Source: Candidatus Woesearchaeota archaeon (GTDB lineage Archaea > Nanobdellota > Nanobdellia > Pacearchaeales > GW2011-AR1). From it: DNA of 37,982 bases. The DNA is taken from NCBI GenBank assembly GCA_964416245.1, contig CAYQDG010000004.1, positions 1-37,982 on the forward strand, read 5' to 3'. The position numbers and the translations under genes were made by a program. The notes under the pieces are model-generated. The model did not search any database, was not told the DNA's origin, and worked only from the letters and a program-made list of their open reading frames with translations. Positions 33,099 through 37,982 of this stretch are shown piece by piece (the first letter of the stretch is position 1; each line of letters starts with the position of its first letter).

Positions 33099-33908
33099 AT
33101 GGTAAAAATAGTTGCTATGGGGGATCCTCATGGAAATATTAATAAAATAAAAAAAATTCCTTTGAGAAATTCTGATTTTATTTTGATTACGGGTGATTTT
33201 GGTAAAGCTGATTTTGCAAGAAAAAGATTTTTTGAAAATGTAGTTAGAAAAGACAAAGGTTTAGAAGAATTAGAATATACAGCAAAAGATAATAAAAAAG
33301 CATATATGGAAATTTTTGGTTCTACAATTGACATTTTAAAATATACTTCTAAATTTGCTTCAACATATTCTATTTTAGGAAATGTTGGAATGGACATGGT
33401 TTATGATTCTAATGTCAGAAAACAGGAAAAAAAATATGGGTTAAAGTTACCTTCTTTGCGTCAAAATATGAACAAAATAAAAGATTTTTATTTTGTTAGA
33501 AATGTTGTTAGAAATCTTGGAGGGTTGAGAGTGGGTTTCTTAGAATATTTTGTAGATGTTTGTTGGTTTGAAGAATTTGGGGTTAGGGATAAAAAAAAGA
33601 TTAAAAAAGCAAAAAAGGAAACAGCTAAGGCTAAAAAAATTTTAAAGAATTTTAAAAATTTAGATATTTTAGTTTGTCATCAACCTCCTTTTGGATATTT
33701 AGATAAAGTTTCTGGAAAATATGGCGCTCCTAAAAATTATATTGGCAAACATGCAGGAAGCAAAGTTATTTTAGATTATATTAAAAAATATGAACCAAGA
33801 TATGTGTTTTGTGGCCATATTCATGAAGGGGAAGGAAAAGTAAAAATGGGTCAATCTGAAATTTACAATTTAGGTGTTGCTGGACATAAAATAGTCAATT
33901 TCAAATAA
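33099..33908 (+). CDS. calcineurin-like metallophosphoesterase
   Basis: Motifs GDPHGN, TGDFG, GNVG and GHIHEG. It also has a K-rich insert (KKKIKKAKKETAKAKK). Confidence 0.8.
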   Translation: MVKIVAMGDPHGNINKIKKIPLRNSDFILITGDFGKADFARKRFFENVVRKDKGLEELEYTAKDNKKAYMEIFGSTIDILKYTSKFASTYSILGNVGMDMVYDSNVRKQEKKYGLKLPSLRQNMNKIKDFYFVRNVVRNLGGLRVGFLEYFVDVCWFEEFGVRDKKKIKKAKKETAKAKKILKNFKNLDILVCHQPPFGYLDKVSGKYGAPKNYIGKHAGSKVILDYIKKYEPRYVFCGHIHEGEGKVKMGQSEIYNLGVAGHKIVNFK

Positions 33909-33938
33909 TCTTAAATATTTCTTCTTCTAGTTTTTATT

Positions 33939-34181
33939 ATGAAAGAATCTTTGGAGATTAAAATTGCTGATAAGATAATTGAGGATTTCAAGGATGAGAT
34001 AATGAATATTCTTTGGGATGGAAAAACTAATTTGGCTTTTGATGAACATTATTTATTGCCTTTTATTCAAGAGGAAGTTGAGTATAAAATATTGAAGCTA
34101 AATATTCCTCAAGAATATAAAAAACAGTATCTTATTCAGGTTGGAAATATAATTGGGGAATATGGTGAAGATTATTTATGA
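33939..34181 (+). CDS. hypothetical small protein
   Basis: 80-aa ORF in the same orientation as its neighbours. No family recognised. Confidence 0.4.
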   Translation: MKESLEIKIADKIIEDFKDEIMNILWDGKTNLAFDEHYLLPFIQEEVEYKILKLNIPQEYKKQYLIQVGNIIGEYGEDYL

Positions 34182-34244
34182 TTGTAATTTGCTGAAATAA
34201 ATTTTAAATATAATAAATGAAATTTTAACAATGATTTATTTCTT

Positions 34245-34283
34245 TTAGCCCACCCTCCCACCCAATACTTGTCAAAATTTCTA
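34245..34283 (-). other. second copy of the G-quadruplex-containing intergenic element (GGGTGGGAGGGTGGG on the minus strand, 34249-34263)
   Basis: Four G3 tracts, all with 1-nt loops. The flanks are homologous to 7738-7775. Confidence 0.7.
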
Positions 34284-34382
34284 TTAAATTATGGATATGC
34301 TTCTGGGGGAAATTTTAAATTTTATTTTAATAAAATTCTGCATCTCAATTAATTTTATAAGTTATGTTTGTTTTTATTTTGA

Positions 34383-35429
34383 ATGGAAGTTGATTATATT
34401 GTTGGTTCTAAAAAAGAATTTTATGATTTTGTTAATTTGATTACTCATCGTGATCGAGTTGCAATTGTTACGCATATTGATTTGGATGGATTGGCTTCTG
34501 GTATTTTTTTGGAAAAAATTTTGGAAGCTAAAAATATTCCTTTGGATTATATTGATTTTGTTACAATTAAACAAGATATGGTAAAAGAGGCAAGTGTTAA
34601 ATTAAATGCTCTTGGAATTACTAAAGTTTTCTTTTGTGACTTGGGTATTGATAGTATTGACCCTGAAGGATTTATTGATTTAAGGAAAGATATGGATGTT
34701 TTTTTAATTGACCATCATCCTTTGAGTGAAAATTTTTCAGATAAAAGGAAGGTGATTAAAACTGGTTCTAATGATTGTTCTGCTATGACTATTTTTGATT
34801 TGGGTAAAAATATTTTTGACACTGATTCTTGGAGATGGTTGAATTGTGCAGCAATTTTTTCTGATTTTTCTTATAAAAAACAAGATAACTTTGAATATAT
34901 CAAGAGTGTTTATCCTGAAGTTAATATGGAAAATATTTCTGGTTCTACTCCTGGAATAATCGCAAGAAAAATTGCTTCTGCTTTAATTTATTATGAACAT
35001 AATAAAAAATATGTTTATGAATTGGTGAAGCAAAGAAAATTGGACGAGTTGAATGATATTCATTCTATTATTGAAGAAGAAATTGATAATTTGATAGAAG
35101 AGTTCCCTAACAAGAAAATTTATTCTGAAAAACAGGATTTATATTTTTATGAAATTGAATCTAAATTTAATGTTGTTTCTTCAGTGACTAGTTTAATTTC
35201 AAAGATGAAACCTGAAAGTTCATTTGTTTTTATGCAAAGATGGGGAGATGTGATTAAATTTAGTGCTAGGAATCAGAGTGGAAATCGAGACATGGGTTCT
35301 TTAATGAGAAGTTGTGTTGCAGGTTTTGAAGAAGCGAATGGAGGGGGACATGCTCCTGCTGCAGCTGCTAAGATTAAAGAAGGGGATTTGGATGAGTTTA
35401 AGAGTAGATTATTAGGTTTGGAAAAATAG
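34383..35429 (+). CDS. DHH/DHHA1 family phosphoesterase (paralog of 6140-7180)
   Basis: Motifs HIDLDGLASG, DHHP and GGGHAPAAAAK. Confidence 0.8.
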   Translation: MEVDYIVGSKKEFYDFVNLITHRDRVAIVTHIDLDGLASGIFLEKILEAKNIPLDYIDFVTIKQDMVKEASVKLNALGITKVFFCDLGIDSIDPEGFIDLRKDMDVFLIDHHPLSENFSDKRKVIKTGSNDCSAMTIFDLGKNIFDTDSWRWLNCAAIFSDFSYKKQDNFEYIKSVYPEVNMENISGSTPGIIARKIASALIYYEHNKKYVYELVKQRKLDELNDIHSIIEEEIDNLIEEFPNKKIYSEKQDLYFYEIESKFNVVSSVTSLISKMKPESSFVFMQRWGDVIKFSARNQSGNRDMGSLMRSCVAGFEEANGGGHAPAAAAKIKEGDLDEFKSRLLGLEK

Positions 35430-35578
35430 TTGAATTGTTTTGAGTTTTATTTTGGAAATTTTAACAAATATAATTAATTAGAAAAATAGTTTTAGAATGA
35501 GGATTTTGTATTAGAGACTTTTTCAACAAAGTTGTTATACACAAAACCTTAAAAAGAAATTTCGATTAGGGAAATTAT

Positions 35579-36235
35579 ATGAAAATTGGTGAAATTGAAT
35601 TATCTTGGTTGGGTCATTCTGGGTTTTTAATTGAGAATTCGAAGGTAGTCTATATTGATCCATATAAAATTAAAGAGGGTTTACCTAAGGCTGATCTAGT
35701 TTTAATTACGCATAGCCATTATGATCATTGCAGTGTTTCTGATTTAAAAAAAATTATCAAGGAAGGAACAAGGATTATTATGACAGTTGACTCTCAAAGT
35801 AAGATTGCCCGTTTTGATGTTCCTATTAGGATGGAAATTGTTGAAGCAGGGCAAGAAGTTGATTTAGGAACGGTTAAAATTTCCGTTGTTCCTGCATATA
35901 ATATTGACAAGCCTTTTCATTCTAAAGAAGAGGGACTTGTTGGTTATTTAATTAAAATGAATGATACAATAATTTATCATGCAGGAGATACTGATTTAAT
36001 TCCTGAAATGCAAAAAATGACGGGTTATAATAATAATTTTGTTGCTTTGCTTCCAATTGGGGGAAGATTTACAATGGATCCTCATGAAGCCTTTGAAGCT
36101 GCTAAATTAATAAAACCAAAAATTGTTATTCCAATGCATTGGGGGAGTATTATCGGAAATAAAGAAGATGCGGAAGAATTTAAAGAGCTTTGTTCTGAAG
36201 AGGGTTTGAATTGTGAGATTCTTGAGAAGAGATAG
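35579..36235 (+). CDS. metallo-beta-lactamase fold hydrolase (UPF0173-like)
   Basis: WLGHSGF, THSHYDH and HAGDT motifs. The ~218-aa length fits. Confidence 0.85.
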   Translation: MKIGEIELSWLGHSGFLIENSKVVYIDPYKIKEGLPKADLVLITHSHYDHCSVSDLKKIIKEGTRIIMTVDSQSKIARFDVPIRMEIVEAGQEVDLGTVKISVVPAYNIDKPFHSKEEGLVGYLIKMNDTIIYHAGDTDLIPEMQKMTGYNNNFVALLPIGGRFTMDPHEAFEAAKLIKPKIVIPMHWGSIIGNKEDAEEFKELCSEEGLNCEILEKR

Positions 36236-36436
36236 GAAAGATAAAAATTGTTCGCTCTGCTCAAGTTGGTAAAATTTAATTATCCGCTCCGCTAGGTGAA
36301 ATGGGGAAGGGATAGGTTATGGAAGAAATGCTTTAGGGGAATTTTTGGGAAATGTAATTATAATTGGATATTTTGATTTCATTATTTTTGGATTTTATTG
36401 GAAAACTATTTAATATTATGATTTTAATTTAATATT

Positions 36437-36733
36437 ATGAAATTTGAACATTATTTAACTGGACAAGAAATTAATTATAGTATACCGGAAGGTTATGAGA
36501 AAACAAAAATAAATTGTCCAATTGATGGCACTTCTTTATTGTATTTTGATGTTTCTCAGGTTAGGGATGGTTATTATTGTCCCAATTGCGATTCAATTTT
36601 GGAGGATGTTTCTTCTGATGGATTAAGTGAATTTAAAGAAAAATTTTTGAAAGAAAAAGAAGATAGGTTGATAGAAATTGAAAGTGAAAAAAGTGAATTA
36701 TTGATTATTCTTGACAAATATGGTAAGAGATAA
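36437..36733 (+). CDS. zinc-ribbon protein with a C-terminal coiled coil
   Basis: The pairs CPIDG...CPNC form a 4-ligand ribbon pattern. The ORF is 98 aa. Confidence 0.45.
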   Translation: MKFEHYLTGQEINYSIPEGYEKTKINCPIDGTSLLYFDVSQVRDGYYCPNCDSILEDVSSDGLSEFKEKFLKEKEDRLIEIESEKSELLIILDKYGKR

Positions 36734-36784
36734 TTATCCCAAAAAAGTTCTAAAATATATTAATGCATTTTTCTTAATTTTTTT

Positions 36785-37033
36785 ATGGAAAGAAAACCAT
36801 TTATAGCTTCGTTTTTGCTGTTTGTTTTTGGTTTGGTGTTTATTGGTTTATTTAGAACTAATTTAACTGGGCAAGTTGTTGCTGAAACAAAGGGTGAGGC
36901 GGCTTATCATGGTTTACTTTCGGGAGTTTATTTGTATTTAGGATTATCTTTTGTTTTATTTGCAATAATTGTTTTCATTTATTTTAAATATAGAGAAGAG
37001 ATTAATGATTGGTTTGTTGGAAATGGGGAATAA
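36785..37033 (+). CDS. small two-TM membrane protein
   Basis: 82-aa ORF with two hydrophobic helices. Confidence 0.45.
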   Translation: MERKPFIASFLLFVFGLVFIGLFRTNLTGQVVAETKGEAAYHGLLSGVYLYLGLSFVLFAIIVFIYFKYREEINDWFVGNGE

Positions 37034-37063
37034 TTATTTAAGTTGGAGTTTTTTTATTTTTTT

Positions 37064-37696
37064 ATGAATTCATTTGATCAACGCAAGAAAGATATTTTGT
37101 CAAAGGAAGATAAATCTAGTAAGGGGAAATGGGATGAAAGAATTATTGCTCTTTGTGATAAATTAAATTCTTTTGAGAATTATTATTCTACTTCTTCTTG
37201 TTCTGGAAGAATTATTGTTATGAAAGATGAGGAACAGAAAGGTCCTGGTTTATTTGAATTTGTTAGTCATGAATTGGTTGATTTTGATGAGTTTTTTAAC
37301 GAATTTTCTTCGAAATTGCTCACATCCCAAATTGCTGAAACGCGTCCCACCCTCCCAAATAGCAAAGAAAGTTCTAAAAAAATTAATTCTAAGAATAATT
37401 TGAAATTTAAACAGGATTCTGTAATTTTGCATGTTGCTTGTAGGGAAATTTTGGATGCGAAGAAATTATTAGATAAGGGATTGAAATCTGGTTTTAAGAA
37501 ATCTGGGATTATTAGTTTGGGAAAAAATATAATTGTTGAATTGAATTTGAGTGATAAACTTGAATTTCCTTTGATTGAAGAGGGGAAATTGTTAGTTGGG
37601 GAGGAATTTTTGAAGAAAGTTTTGGAGAGATCCAATGATAATTTGGAAAAGGGGTGGGAGAGGATTGAGGATTTGATAAAAGAGATTGGGAAGTAG
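37064..37696 (+). CDS. taw3: tRNA wyosine-derivative methyltransferase Taw3/TYW3 family
   Basis: Motifs STSSCSGRI and SVILHVACREILDAKKLL...GFKKSGI. I prefer the ATG at 37064, which has a TATA-like TAATTATTTAAG about 25-30 nt upstream. Confidence 0.75.
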   Translation: MNSFDQRKKDILSKEDKSSKGKWDERIIALCDKLNSFENYYSTSSCSGRIIVMKDEEQKGPGLFEFVSHELVDFDEFFNEFSSKLLTSQIAETRPTLPNSKESSKKINSKNNLKFKQDSVILHVACREILDAKKLLDKGLKSGFKKSGIISLGKNIIVELNLSDKLEFPLIEEGKLLVGEEFLKKVLERSNDNLEKGWERIEDLIKEIGK

Positions 37697-37722
37697 ATAT
37701 TGGATGTTGAGGATTGGAAGTT

Positions 37723-37746
37723 GGGGGATTTGGGAGGGATTAGGGG
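37723..37746 (+). other. canonical G-quadruplex motif 27 nt downstream of the taw3 stop
   Basis: GGGGG-ATTT-GGG-A-GGG-ATTA-GGGG. Confidence 0.65.
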
Positions 37747-37827
37747 AAGATAATTTACTTTGCTTTTCGCAAAGAATTGATATGAATAAAATTTCAATTA
37801 TTTATTTTTTGTTGAAAGTTATTCTAT

Positions 37828-37891
37828 CCCTAAAACTCTCACTTTACTTTCTGAAACATTTGTATTTGGGAGAAAGCAAAGTGTTCGCTCC
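37828..37891. repeat. hairpin element copy 2
   Basis: Arms are 37840-37852 and 37871-37883 with one A/C mismatch, which would be a G-U pair on the minus strand. The loop is GAAACATTTGTATTTGGG. GTGTTCGC follows. Confidence 0.85.
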
Positions 37892-37898
37892 TTTTCTC

Positions 37899-37957
37899 AA
37901 TCCTGTCATCAAAACATTTGTAATTGGGGATGCCAGAATATGTTCGCCAACCACTTG
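37899..37957. repeat. hairpin element copy 3: same loop, unrelated stem sequence
   Basis: Arms 37899-37910 and 37929-37940 pair at 9 of 12 positions. The 18-nt loop is AAAACATTTGTAATTGGG. The tail is TGTTCGCCAACCAC. Confidence 0.6.
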
Positions 37958-37982
37958 CGACATGGTGTTCCTCTATTAGTCA

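Noticed and set aside
37853-37948. A 58-59-bp periodicity of AAACATTTGT..TTGGG and TGTTCGC looked briefly like a short CRISPR array.
   Set aside because: There are only two units. The conserved part is a hairpin loop rather than a full repeat. A near-identical single copy occurs at 14545. No cas genes are present in the window.
37267-37979. 176-aa minus-strand ORF (37267-37797) and 97-aa plus-strand ORF (37686-37979) at the right edge.
   Set aside because: The first is antisense to taw3. The second runs through the G4 motif and the hairpin repeats, and its sequence is explained by those elements rather than by coding constraint.
1-37982. Possibility that the window is from a CPR bacterium, given the bacterial-type LeuRS, AlaRS and DisA, the SpoIIM-like protein and the low GC.
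   Set aside because: TFE, deoxyhypusine synthase, EndA, GatD/GatE, Taw3, archaeal-type ProRS and AspRS, a class III signal peptide and TATA boxes at -25 to -30 all argue for an archaeal host. The bacterial-type genes are better explained as transfers.

Overview
This is a very AT-rich (roughly 70% A+T by eye), gene-dense chromosomal segment. I read it as a small-genome archaeon, probably DPANN-like. The archaeal markers are transcription factor E, deoxyhypusine synthase, tRNA-splicing endonuclease EndA, GatD/GatE, Taw3, archaeal-type ProRS and AspRS, and TATA boxes about 20-30 nt upstream of many start codons, which suggests leaderless mRNAs. Internal operon genes carry GGAGG-type Shine-Dalgarno motifs.

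The content is mostly translation and tRNA biology:
- proS, leuS, alaS and aspS, of which leuS and alaS look bacterial-type.
- A contiguous gatD-gatE-aspS-gatB-gatC-gatA block with an adjacent asparaginase.
- endA, taw3 and one tRNA-Arg(UCG).
- A DisA-type diadenylate cyclase next to a DHH/DHHA1 phosphoesterase.
- A pilin-like, secreted-protein and HtrA-like surface cluster.
- A membrane-anchored transglutaminase-like protein.
- Three different metallo-phosphoesterase superfamilies.
- Several small unknown genes.

I saw no CRISPR array, rRNA, transposase, integrase or recognisable defence genes. The signals not explained by the ORF track are all non-coding or micro-scale:
1. Three tandem 112-bp copies of the disA 3' end that differ only by synonymous codon changes, each followed by a hairpin with compensatory substitutions.
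2. A hairpin family with an invariant 18-nt loop, non-homologous but complementary stems, and a TCGCC..ACCAC 3' tail.
3. Canonical G-quadruplex motifs embedded in a repeated ~38-nt intergenic element.
4. An unusually long 663-bp ORF-poor spacer with repeats and micro-ORFs.

All functional calls come from motif recognition by eye. No searches or computations were run.
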